Part shown: piece after piece, positions 13,321 to 25,200 of the stretch | How the letters are laid out: every line of letters starts with the position of its first letter | Position numbering within the stretch: the first letter of the stretch is position 1 | Assembly (NCBI GenBank): GCA_013239625.1 | Contig: MU054001.1 | Location: 2,300,151-2,364,150, forward strand | Length of the DNA: 64,000 bases | Direction of reading: 5' to 3' | From: Lama guanicoe | Taxonomy: Eukaryota | Notes under the pieces: generated by a model | The model's input: only the letters and a program-made list of their open reading frames with translations | Database searches by the model: none | Told to the model about the DNA's origin: nothing | Translations under genes and position numbers: made by a program

Positions 13321-15574
13321 TTCCTATCTTGGCTGTGACGAGATTGGACCCAGAAGTTTAACATGACTGAGTTCAAAGGATGGAGCTGGAGTGAAGATGG
13401 ATGACCTCTGACTTGAAGTCTCCCCATGCCAGGGTCAACCAGCTAATACTAGCCCTGATGCTAAACAGATCCCTAGGCCAAGGGAGTTTCTGAAGCAGAT
13501 CCTTAGTTCAGTTACAACCCTGGCCAGCGGGGAGGAAAAATGCCTCAGTGCCCAACAATCCTGGTCCAATTTTCAAGCAGTTAACACCTATGGAACATGA
13601 ACTAATTCACATTAAAAGGCTGTGAGTTGTTATGGCCAGCACCCCATTCTGTTAGTGTCTCCTTCACAAGCACAGAGATCTGTTAACACTTTGATCCGGT
13701 TCCTGAGCTCTCCCTGGGGGAGTCGTTATCAACAACAATATCAACAAAAAGAAAAATGTTGGTATGCAAGGGGCATCCCTGTTTCTATAGCCCCCTTTGG
13801 ATAGGAAGGGAGAGCGAGGCCAAATATTTTTGCCCTTCTCCCAACCAGTAAGTGCTTTTTAGTAATCATGGGAAAACAAAGCACTTTCTGGTTGGGAGAA
13901 GGGCAAATTTTTCCCTTCTACAGCCTTCTGAGCCCTCGTTCATGCCCCTGGCTTTCTCTCAGACTTTCTTGATGAGGGAGAATGTCAGTTTGTCCTTCAG
14001 TCTTAAAGAAAACCTTGAGGCTGGAATGTTCTGTAAAGGCAGATCCATTGGTGCTGGTAAAAGAACAGTGTGGTGCATTGTAAACACGGGAATTGATGAG
14101 GTCAGAACCACCCCAGGGACGTGAAAATATATATTTATGTAAGAGGCAGTAAAATTTGTCTGCAATTAAGTTTTACCAAAACCCTCAAATCTGTTGTTTG
14201 GTTTTAAGCAGATGTTGAAAAGGTTTATCCTGGATTCTGTCTTTATTGATAGGATGTCTTTTGATCTGCAGCCAAAAAAGAAATCTGGATGTTATTTTGG
14301 ATTTGGAAATTTCCTTTAAATAAACATATTAGTTAAGTATGTAAATCTGCTTATCATCACTTTGGGCATATCGCCAGAGTGGGAAACATCTGGGGCCTCG
14401 TGTCAGCCGACTTATTAATTCACACTTAGAGCATGTTTCACCCGGGTTATTGCTGAATAATGTTATCTTGATTGCCTAAGTCAGCTGTGTCTTGACAACT
14501 GTTCATTACAAGTTTGAGGTTTAAATTTTGACTCCCGAGAAATCCTCCGAGGAAGGCCTGTCTGGGCCTAGCGATTTGGGCTTCCAGTCCCCTTCAGGAT
14601 TGATTTCGGAAATTAATTGTTAACATTTTGGATTATGAATGGTGGAGATCTGTGTTATTTATCTGAACTGGCCAGCATGTAATTCCGGGAAGGGATTATA
14701 TGACCTCCTCCTGATAAGCCCTGAAGTGGGGTCATTAATACAACTTTCTGCCATAAAGCTCTTTCCACTTTATGGAAGCGCCTCTCCCTCCTGTTAAAAT
14801 GATACTCAGTTGACTTCAACCTTAAAGTCTGGAGTGAATCATCTTGTCTGGTGGCCTGGTGGATGATGAATGGCTGCGGTCTAGTGTTCTCACTAATACA
14901 GGTAATAGAGCATATAAATCCAGGGAGTCCTCTGCCCCTCTCACACCTCTAGGCCAGGAAACCAGCCTGGTTGTGACCAAGGCACCCTACTGGGTTGCGG
15001 CATGAGTGTCCAATGATAAAAAGCGAGGATGGCCAGTCACTCAGCTCAGCACCATTCAAGTCCTAATAGCCGTGCTTTGCTGAATGTGGAAAGGCCAGTA
15101 TAGAGATGGGAAGCAAGCATCACTAAACTTAGGTCTTTTGCTACCATGGGGTTCCTATTTCCATGATAGACCACTTCTCCTTCTCCCTACACCCCCACGC
15201 CTTTTGTATCTTTGTCCATGTGGCCCTAATGGGGAAGAAGAGGCCATAAGTCGTGGATTAGCATGGCACGTAGACTTGGTTAAACACAGCTCTGCTTGCC
15301 CTCCAGGGAGGGGCTGGAATGAGAGATGGAGTATTTGCCAGGGCAGGAGGAGATGGAAGTAGCAGGTAAAAATCTATTATCAAGGTGATTTAATGGCCTG
15401 AGAGCAAGGATTCTCAGTAGCCAGGGTAAAGATATTCATTTTTACCATGTTCACTTATGTGTGTGCTTGTGTGGACACGTATGCTTTCATGGAGCTGGCT
15501 CTCCAGGGTGACTTCAAGGACACCTGCTCTCTCAGTGAATGGGCTCAGATAACAACAGAGGAAAAACATTGGTG

Positions 15575-15730
15575 TGCCAGGCTGGGGGTGGGGTGAAGGT
15601 GGGAGCAGTCCACTCAGGGTCCAGGCAATGATGGGTGCATAGTCTGTAGAAAATTAAAAACAATGATAAAATGGATTAAAAGTTGTTTTACTTTTTATTG
15701 TCACCATACTCCAGCAATTCTAAACTGCTA
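15575..15730. mobile_element. hAT-type MER DNA transposon fragment
   Basis: gtctgtagaaaattaaaaacaatgataaaa...ctttttattgtcaccat...gcaattctaaac recalled as a hAT MITE. Confidence 0.45.
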
Positions 15731-15989
15731 TCTCCATCCCTAATGCTGAACAGTACATTTGGAGCCTGCAGGGACCATTGAGCAGTAAAACCCTATGGTT
15801 GAGTTTGGTTTCCTGCCCCACTTCCCCCCACTGCTCCCTCCTGGCCTCACCCATTTCTAGCCCTATGGGATGTGATGATTCATGAGGCACAAACTCCAAA
15901 GACTAAGTAAGGACACATTTGTTGTAAAGACAATTAATATTTTATTTTATTAAATAATTCTTTAATGGTCATTTTCTCTCCCAAGGCTG

Positions 15990-17430
15990 TGTTTATCCAT
16001 TATTATTTCATTCAAAAGTATTTATTGAGTTCCTACTATGTGCCAGGCCAGGTGCTGGGCACGGAAGTGTACTACACAGTAGAAAAGGAAGTGACATGGA
16101 GTCAGCATTCTAGATCAGAGACACAAATAAGACAGAGATCTAATACATGAACAGGTGATCTTCATTGAGTAGCTATATGGATTTAAAAAAAACAAACAAG
16201 ATTTAACTATATGATGTCTACAAGAAACCCACTTTAGATTTAAGAAAATAAATGAGCTGAAAGTGAAGAGATTGGAAAAAGATATTCCATGATAATGATA
16301 GCCAAAAGACAAAATATATCAGACAAAATAGACTTTAAGTCAAAAACCGTCACAAGAGACAAAGGACATTATATAATAATAAGAGGGTCAATTTAAGAGG
16401 ATATAATAAATATATATGCATCCAATATCAGAGCACCTAAATATAAAAAGCAAACATTGACATAACTGAAGGGAGAAATAAACAATACAATAAATAGCAG
16501 GAAATTTTAATAGCTCACTATCAGTAATGAATAGAACATCCACACCAAAAATCAATAAGGAAATAGAAGACTTGAACAATACTGTAGACCACATGCACCT
16601 AACAGATACATATAGAACATTCCATGCAACAGCGACAGAACATCTTCTTAAGCACACACAGAACTTTCTCTAGGATAGATAACATATTAGGTCACAAAAC
16701 AAGTCTTAACAAATTCAAAAAGATTGAAATCATATCAACTATCTTTTCTGACCACAATAGAATGAAACTGTAAATAGCAGGAGGAAAATTGAAACATTTA
16801 CAAATACGTGGAAATTAAACAATGCCCTCTTAAACAACCATTGGGTCAAAACAAAAATCAAAAAGCAAATCAGAGAAGACCTGAGACAAATGAAAATGAA
16901 AACACAATGTACCAGAACTTATGGGATGCAGCAAAAGCAGTAGTAAGAGGGAAGTTTATTGCAGTAAACGCTTTCATTGAAAAAGAAAAAAGATTTCAAA
17001 TAATCCAACTTTACACATCAAGGAGCTAGAAAAAGAACAAACTAAGCCCCAAGTTAACAGAAAGAAGTAACATAAATAAGATGATTTGGGCTAGTGTGAA
17101 GTGCAAGGAAGGGAAACATTCTAGAGCAGTGAGGTAGAGAATGATGAGCAGGAACACGTCTGTATTGGTTAAGGTGATCAAGGATGACCTCTCAGAAGAG
17201 GTGACATTTGAACTGACTTGAAGGATGGAGAGGAGCATGCCATGGGAGAGGAAAAACTTGCAAACGCCAAGACACAGAGGCAGGAGCAAGCCCGGCATGT
17301 TGGCAGAAAGGAAAGGCCTGTGTAGCAAGGAATATGGGGAAACCTTTTTAAGGAAAAGGCTGAAGAGTTGGGGAAAGGTCAGTCATGGAGGGTCATAAGA
17401 CCATGTTATGGAGTTTGCATTTTATAATGC
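15990..17430 (-). mobile_element. L2 element split by an L1 ORF2 fragment
   Basis: tcattcaaaagtatttattgagttcctactatgtgccaggc; resumes with gacctctcagaagaggtgacatttgaactgacttgaagga. Confidence 0.75.
16160..17069 (+). mobile_element. Degenerate L1 ORF2 endonuclease-region fragment
   Basis: ctatatgatgtctacaagaaacccacttt, gacaaaatagacttt, ttctgaccacaat; translation includes [18 protein letters not shown]. Confidence 0.9.
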
Positions 17431-19891
17431 AAGAAAGGGGGTGAGTGAGGAGAATTAAAGTGAAGCTCTTTACTACTTCTCTCCTTATCCCCCTAATTTG
17501 CATTTGCATTACTTCTTTTTTTTTCTTTTGCTCTGTCACTCTTCAGTTTACTAGTTTCAACTGACTATTCTCCATCACATGTCACAGTTTCCCTGTCTCC
17601 CCAGAGTTTACCTACCCTGCCTCCATGCTGTACATTTATTTACCTTCTGGATGTCAACTCACTGGCATCCAGTTTCCCAGGATGGTGTTCTCTCTATTCT
17701 GGAGACTTACCATCTAAAGAGGAAGGATGGTTTGAACAGCTCTGGACCTTATTATGATAATTGGCAATTGTCAGACTCAACCCCAGTTGCCTGAAGTGGA
17801 GGACACCAGACAAAGGATCTCATATGTTCATTTTTTCGTGAATGGCATTTATGACCTTGGACTTTTTCTTGAGCCTTTGGGAGAAAAGAGATGAGTCTAT
17901 AAGTGAAGACTGAGAAGGAAGAAAAGAAACATTAGGAGTGTGGAGGACTGGGAGTTTAGAGAGAAGGGCGAATGTCAAGCCATGATTCCCTCACCTGACC
18001 CTTGAATTGAGAGAAGTTACATCCATCTACAGATGGTGTTTCTCTTTTCAGTCTTCAACAAGGTCTTTCTTCTGACCTATGGCTGTGGATTTGAGAGAAA
18101 AAAAAACAAAACAAAACAGACATTTAAGAATGTCAACTCATGTGGGGTGGAGAAAGTCTGGTTAGCCTCTGATTAAAAAATAAAACAGTGGTGTTTCTTT
18201 CTCTCCCCCTCTCCCTCGCCTCAACACACACACATTTACACAATTTGTCAGTAGGGAGAATTGGTTGCTGGGTTCCACTCTGACATAGGTCGAATGGATT
18301 CTATCTTTTTACTGGAGTGGAGTATGACTCCTATGAAGTCCCTGCTTTCATTTCTTTCCTTTTTTAAACAAGAAAATAAATTACAGGAATAATGCAGCAA
18401 GTTACAGCAATGAAGGGATGAAGTCCTGGAGGAGAAGAGCAGGTGGATCTGGGCTCCTTGCCCAGAAAATGTACATGCCTTTTATTTTAGAAAGAAAAAG
18501 ATGACATTTAATTTCAAGTTTCTGTAGCAAAGAAAGTAGAACTGAGCACTGGGTTTTTCTGGATTACCTTGAGGAAGATGGCTCAGTGTGGTTCCTTAGA
18601 TACCTTAGATACTCAAGCTTACCTGTTTTCACTTATTGTGATGGTTGTAGAAGCCTCTTACATCTTCCAAATTCCTATTGAGGAGTTAGGTCAAGTAAAC
18701 TACAATCCCTATATAGATTACTTTGGAGATTCAGGAGCACATATACTCAAAATTGATTTGAGAACCCACCAAATATTATGCAATCATTGAGAATTTACTG
18801 ATCACTCACTCACCCTTGGATCCAGATCAGACAGACAGGATCCCTGTCTGGCTGGGAAGTGAAGGCACATCTTTATTGTGTTAGGTTTCTTTTCATTTCA
18901 AGTAACAGAAAATCCAGTCCTAATTGTCTAAAACAAAAAGATAAAATATTGGTGCATAAGAGTGAAAAATCGAGGGGTGGAGCTGTGTGTATCAGTTAGC
19001 TATTGATGGAAAACAAATCACCTCAACATACAGTAGCTTAAAACAGCTATTTATTTAGCTCAAAACCTGTGGATTAGCAGCATAAGCTGGGCTCAGCTGG
19101 ATGGTTATTCTTTTTTTTTTTTACGTTTTTTTAATGAGTAATAGTCATTTTACAATGTTGTGTCAAATTCCAGTGTAGAGCACAATTTTTCAGTTAAAAA
19201 TGAACATATATATTTTCATTTTTACTTTTTTTTTTTTGCTATGAGCTACCACAAGATCTTGTATATATTTCCCTGTGCTGTACAGTATAATCTTGTTTAT
19301 CTATTCTGCATTTTAAAATCTCAGTCTGTCCCTTCCCACCCTCCCCCCCGCCCCCGGCAACCACAAGTTTGTATTCTATGTCTATGAGTCTGTTTCTGTT
19401 TTGTATTTATGTTTTTTTTTAAAGATTCCTCATATGAGCGATCTCGTATGGTATTTTTCTTTCTCTTCCTGGCTTACTTCACTTAGAATAACATTCTTCA
19501 GGAACATCCATGTTGCTCAAATGGCGTTATGTTGTCGATTTTTGTGGCTGAATAGTATTCCATCGTATAAATATACCGCATCTTCTTTTTCAGTCATCTG
19601 TTAATGGACATTTAGGCTATTGTATCCATGTCTTGGCTATTGTAAATAGTGCTGCTATGAACATTGGGGTGCAGGTGTCATGTTGAAGTAGGGTTCCTTC
19701 TGGATATATGCCCAGGAGCAGGATTCCTGGGTCATATGGTAAGTCTATTCCTAGTCTTTTGAGGAATCTCCATACTGTTTTCCACAGTGGCTTTCCTAGC
19801 TTCCCTCTCCCACTCTTAATGATTTAGATGTCTTCTTTTACAATTTTGTGTTTATTCTATTTGGAATTCATGGTAGTTATCACCTTTCCAA

Positions 19892-20837
19892 TTATGAGTT
19901 TCTCATTTTTGTAGCATCCTGCTTCTTTTCTACATAAAGTAGACTTGTCAGTATTTCTTTTAGCATGGGGTTAGTGTTGCTAAACTCTTTTAGTTTTTGC
20001 TTGTCTGTGAAGTTCTTTATCTCTCCTTCTATTCTAAAGGATAGCCTTGCTGGATAAAGTATCCTAGGCTGCATCTTTTTTTTCATTTAGGCCTTTGAAT
20101 ATATCTTGCCACTCCCTTATGGCCTGTAGTGTTTGGGTAGAGAAATCAGCTGAGAGCCTTATGGGGGTTCCCTTGTAACGCACTCTTTGTTTTTCTCTTG
20201 CTGCATTTAGGATACTTTCCTTATCCTTGACTCTGGCCATCTTGATTATGATATGTCTTGGTGTGGATATGTTTGGGTTCTTCCTGTTTGGGACCCTCTG
20301 AGCCTCCTGTACTTGGATATCTGATTCCTTCTTTAGGTTTGGGAAGTTTTCAGTCATGATTTCTTCAAAAACCTTTTCAATCCCCTTTGTTCTTTCTTCC
20401 CCTTCTGGAACCTCTATTATGCATAGATTGGCACGCTTTATATTATCCCATAGGTCCCTTATATTGTTTTCATTGTTTTTTATTTGTTTTTCTCTCAGCT
20501 GTTCTGATCGGGTGCTTTCTGTTGTCCTGTCTTCTAGGTCACTTATTCGTTCCTCTGTGTTATCTAGCCTGCTTTGTACAGCCTTCAGGTCAGCTCTCAT
20601 CTCAGCAAATGAGTTTACTAATTCTACTTGGTTCTTCTTTATAGCTTCTCTTTCATTCTTGATATATTTTATATCTCTAAACACTGTTTCTTTTAGTTCC
20701 TTCAGTACTTTGATCACACCTTTTTTGAAATCTTGATCTAGTAGGCCATCAATGTCTATTTCCTTGATCATGCTTTTAGGGGATTTCTCTTGATCTTTTA
20801 ATTGGGATTGGTTCCTCTGCTTCTTCATCTTGCTCAT
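19892..20837 (-). CDS. L1 ORF1p (coiled coil, RRM, CTD), with one +1 frameshift in an A8 run near 20076-20083
   Basis: 257-aa ORF with L1 ORF1 motifs (LWDNIKRAN, PEGEE, ENFPNL, TPRHII, AAREKQ, IRLSADFS) continues in the 19892-20086 frame (MQPRILYPARLSF); removing one A gives ~314 aa. Confidence 0.9.
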
Positions 20838-22169
20838 ATCTCTCTGGCATTGTGGCTTAAGGAGTATCAGTTATCTAGTTCTCCTGGAGACCGTGTGGTC
20901 TTAATGATTTTATCGAGAGGTCTTTGTGTCTTCACCCTGTTTCACGAACTCAGCTTGCTGTTTCCAGAGGCCCTCTGTTGGTGCCCTCAGTGGGAGCAGT
21001 GGCTGTTGGCTAGCAGATCACGCCCCCTCCCAACACAGGGTCTGGTGCCGAGCTCTTTCCTGGTGGGCGGGCGGGTCACTCCCCCTCCTGATGCCGCAGT
21101 CAGATGCTGCGCTCAGGCGAGGCAGGTGGGCAGACTGCGCCCCCTCCCAGCACCATGGTCAGGTGCTGCATTCTTGCCAGGAAGAGTGGTGGCCACCTGC
21201 CCTCCCCCGCACTGGTGGCTCCACTGCTCTGTGCAGCTGCCTGCTCCGCCTCTGGTCGGCGCTCTGAAGGCGGGCTCAGGGAAGACTGCGGAATGGCCCC
21301 ACCCCTGCTCCATGCCAAATCTCAGCTCCTTGTTTGTTTTGGTGGTGCAAGTTCTCTGAGGCACCAGGGCAGAAAGAACCTATCTGCCTAGGGCTGTAAA
21401 CAAATCTCAGTCCTGCCTAGGAGTTTGCGGAGCCCCCGGGTGCGGATTCAGGGCTCAGCCCCGCCCCGACCCGGGCGCTGCGCACAGGAGGAGAAGGGGG
21501 CTGTGGCTGCGCCCGGCCTCTCTTCTCGTGAGAAGCACCAGTAATGGCAGCACAGGTCTGAGGAGACAAAGGCTACGGCGCCTCTCCGCCCAGGGCACAC
21601 CAGCCATGATGCTTTGCTTTTTTCACAATTTATGGGGGACTGAGGTGGTTCTGCTCCGTATCCCCTCCCAGCCACAGCCCCCAACACCCTGCAGTCCCCC
21701 GGGGCTGCCTCAGGGCAGCCGCCTCAGTCCTCTGTCTGGCTCGGGCCACCTGTCCCGGCCCCAGCTGCCGGCTTGTGTCTCGGGCTGGGTGTCACAGAAA
21801 CCCTTAGTGCCCATTTAACTCAGTTCTGTCAGTCAAGGGGTGCTCAGGGCAGATCTGAGCTTCGGAAGCTCCCCCTTCATCCCACTGGCCTCTCCGTTGG
21901 AGGGGGGAGACCCAGCAAACGAGCGCCAGTCCTCCTTTGCCGCTCCCTCCCTGTGGGATCAGTCTCTCACTGTTTTGCCTTTTCTCCTTTCTTTTTTCCT
22001 TTTCTCCTACCAGATTTTTGGTGTCTTTGTCTTTCAAAGAGAGTCATGTTCTGTTGGAGTTTGGCAGGTGCTCTGGTTGGCTGAGTGGGTCTGTAGATGT
22101 AAGTTTTGGTGTATTTGTGGGAGAGGGTGAGCTACAAGCATCCTTCTACTCCGCCATCTTGCTTCTCCC
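20838..22169 (-). promoter_or_regulatory. L1 5'UTR internal promoter, GC/CpG-rich, with terminal YY1 motif
   Basis: CGCCATCTTG at 22152-22161 (CAAGATGGCG on the L1 strand) at the element's 5' end; CpG-rich ~1.3 kb upstream of ORF1. Confidence 0.85.
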
Positions 22170-23765
22170 TGGATGGTTCCTCTGGTTTCCACAGATCTTC
22201 CTCATTTATCCTTACTCAGTTGTGGAGGGATTAGGTAGCACTGCTTCTGGCAGTTGGCTGAGATGCTTGGCTCCCTGCTCCCTCATCTCTCCTCCTTCAG
22301 CAGGCTAGTCCAGGCTTTGCTGCATCCTGCCAGATTTTGAGGGGAAGGGAAAGTGCACACCATCACTTCCACTGCATTCCATTGGCCAAAGCAAGTCACA
22401 AGACCAGTCCATATTTATGGGGTAGGAAATAGTCTCTACCTTTTAATGCTCTCAGTGAAACAATCTGCAATCACATTTACAAAGGGGTTGGATGCAGGGA
22501 AGTGTAAAAACTTGTTTACATTTTTCTCTTAATCTCACTACAGTTGGCTTAAGGCAAGACTGTACTGGGGACTTGAGCAGTGTCATCATTTTTCTCTGTT
22601 GACTTCAGCCTCAGGCTCCACACGTTGGCATAATGGCTGCAGCAGTTCCAGCCCTCACATTGAAGTCTAGTGGGAAAGGACAGCCCATCTGATCAGTTAT
22701 TGCTTCTCAGTCTCATTGGTTACCTGGATCATGTGTGCCTATAATGAAACCAATCTTCTTTGTGGCCAAGGAATGCAGGGAATTGATTGGCCCAGGTCTG
22801 GCTACATGCTCCACCATGCCCTGGAGACAAAGCCCTACAGGAAGTATAAAGGCTTTGAGTAGGGGAGTGATGAAACCTCAAGTAAAAATTGTTGGCTCTT
22901 GACAAGAAGAGTAATGGATGCTGCTGGTGATAGTGATAGTGGTGGAATGACAACAGACACCCATAACATGCCCATAGCAGAACGTGGCACATTTGCTGAA
23001 GCTCCATTTGCTGATTATGCAGAATAGCAGTAAGCTTAGGAGAAGTGCAATGCATCTAAGATTTGAACCCAGATCTTCAGATCCCCAACTCTGCATTTCA
23101 GTTCGAATTACTCTTCTCCCTGAGGCTGGGCACACTTCGGCATACAAGGACTATATGGTCCTGCCTGGAGGGACTTTTACTTTGTAATAGGAATACCACC
23201 CTGATGGCAGCTTTAGCTTTTCATGATCATCTTCTACGTGTTGTGGGATCAATACACTTTCAACTACTTGTTCATTCACCAAGGCATTATCTCCTCAAAC
23301 TTCTTTGTCCCTGCTTATATTTGTCAACTTTACAATCCTTTTATTACCAGCAAAAGCTTTGGGAAGCAACAAATAAAAGCAGAGATTATAAAAGGATTCT
23401 TATTAAAGCATGCTTTCTTTGAGCACTGAGTACAATGCCCTCCGTTCTCCCCTTGTGAAAAGATGTGTTTTCTTGTTTAATTAGAACAGACCTCCATTCC
23501 ATTAGAAGAGGACAAGGAGGGCAGCAGGATTGAGACTCCAGGCCCCAAGAAAAAAAAAAAAAGGTTTATTTATTTCAGCTCCAGGCAACTTTAATAGCAT
23601 ATTGCAACTTTGTGAAATATTCTATCATATTCCGAGATGGATGAATACATCCATCTCCGTGTCCCTGATGTATGGTAATTGGTCATAGTCTCCATTTTTG
23701 TTGTTGATTTTGTTGTTGTTGTTACTTTGCAATTAAAGCCTGTGTTGGAGAAATGCAAAGCCAAG

Positions 23766-23930
23766 TGCATCAATTAGGGTCCTAGCAGGAAACAGATGGC
23801 ATACACAATTTGGATAATTTGAGGGAAGCTTAGTAAAGGATTGTTTTCAAAGATGTGAGCAGGGTTAAAGGAAACCATAAGGGACAGTGTTGTACCCTAC
23901 AGTTAGCCAGGGAGGACTGTCTCACAGAGA
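23766..23930. mobile_element. ERVL-class LTR fragment
   Basis: ttagggtcctagcaggaaacagatggcatacac...aaggaaaccataagggacagtg. Confidence 0.55.
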
Positions 23931-23931
23931 G

Positions 23932-24100
23932 CAGGGGTTGACGAACTATGGTCCATGGGCCAAATCTGGCTTGCTACCTGTTTATAAAAATAAAGTTTTA
24001 TTTAAACATAACTGTGCCCATGTGTTCACATATTGTCTGTGACTGCTGTCACATTTCAAAGATGGAGTTCAACAGTTGTATCTAGGGAGACTGTATGACA
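23932..24100 (+). mobile_element. MER58-like hAT MITE (truncated by L1)
   Basis: caggggttgacgaactatggtccatgggccaaatctggc...aataaagttttatt. Confidence 0.75.
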
Positions 24101-24570
24101 GTTTTTAAAATTATGGCTCATTAGAAGAAATTAAATATAGCTCCCCATGCTACATGTTAGGTCCTTGTTGTTTATCTATTTTATATATACATTACATATA
24201 TAATGTATTTTTTATACAGTAATGTATTTCTTAATCCCAAACTCCTAATTTATCCCCCACCCCTGCCCTTTTCCCTTTGGTAACCATAGTTTGTATCTAT
24301 GTCTGCGAGTCTATTTTTGGTTTGTAAATAAAATTTGTGTCATTTTTTTTAGATTCTATATATAAGTAATGTCATATGATATTTGTCTTTCTCTGACTTA
24401 TTTCACTTAATATGGTAATCTCTAGGTCCATCCATGTTGCTGGAAATGGCACTATTTCATTCTTTTTTATGACTGAGTAGTATTCCATTGTGTATATATA
24501 CCACATCTTTATTCATTCACCTGTCAATGGACATTTAGGTTGTTTCCATCTCTTGGCTACTGTAAACAGT
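24100..24570 (-). mobile_element. L1 3' fragment
   Basis: gtccttgttgtttatctatt...tccatccatgttgctggaaatggc...ggacatttaggttgtttcca. Confidence 0.85.
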
Positions 24571-25072
24571 TGCACTGAATTGAGTGTAACATTGAGATAT
24601 TACAAAGGACAATCCCTTCATCCCTGAAGTTTGCCCTTCTATCCTTCAGACAACCCAAAATAGTCATAAGAAAGACAAGCCAAAACTGACTGGTGAAGTA
24701 GCTTGCAGTTGACTACAGTTAGGATTATCATTCTGGACTTTGAGGGTTTCTCCCCCTCAAGGTGGTCGTCTGCTGGCAACTACACACACCTGTTTTCCTT
24801 TGCCCTGATTTTTACCCAGTAATTTGGGTTCCCTCTGAGCTGGGCGGGGGAAGCATGAATATAGAGGCAGATGCACCCATTGGGGCTTCCACTGGACTGA
24901 AGGGCAAGGAATGGGGCTCCAGTCCTTTCTTGGGGGAAATGTTCTGTGTCAAGAAAAGATTGGTCATCAGGAACCCTGTGCTCCAAACCTAGCACCTTAT
25001 TGTGCATCAAAGAGTAGGAACTGGAGATCCTTGGGAACAGCACTAATGACTGCCCCACCAGCCTTCACCTCA

Positions 25073-25200
25073 TCTTGCTCTCCCCTCCCCTTCTCCCCTC
25101 TCCTTTGCCCTCCCTTCCCTCTCCTCTTTGTCCTTCCTCTCTCCTTCCCTCCACCCCTCTCTTCCCTCCTTCCTTTCTCTCTTTCTTTCTTTTTCGTTTT
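25073..25200. repeat. Polypyrimidine (CT-rich) low-complexity tract
   Basis: almost exclusively C/T on + strand. Confidence 0.9.

Larger units (their letters stand above)
19110..22169 (-). mobile_element. LINE-1 with complete 5'UTR, ORF1, 3'UTR and polyA, but lacking nearly all of ORF2 (HAL1-like)
   Basis: polyT at 19110; 3'UTR and ORF2 tail align by eye with the L1 at 50076-50817; ORF1 protein present; 5' end GGGAGAAGCAAGATGGCGG; TSD tggatggttattct (left) / tggatggttcctct (right). Confidence 0.95.
18988..22541 (-). mobile_element. Inner MLT1-like LTR (MLT1H-type), split by the HAL1-like L1
   Basis: tgtatcagttagctattg...gggctcagctggatggtt resumes at 22170 ...cattggccaaagcaagtcacaag...ctaca. 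Confidence 0.75.
18877..22935 (-). mobile_element. Outer old MLT1-like LTR, in two halves (~18877-18987 and ~22542-22935)
   Basis: ttcaagtaacagaaaatccag...ggggtggagctg resumes as gttggcttaaggcaagact...atggctgcagcagttccag...cattggtt. Confidence 0.55.

Noticed and set aside
20802..22308. Several 70-185-aa ORFs in the GC-rich region, suggesting a CpG-island gene
   Set aside because: They lie within the L1 5'UTR, where high GC content makes stop codons rare; no recognisable domain
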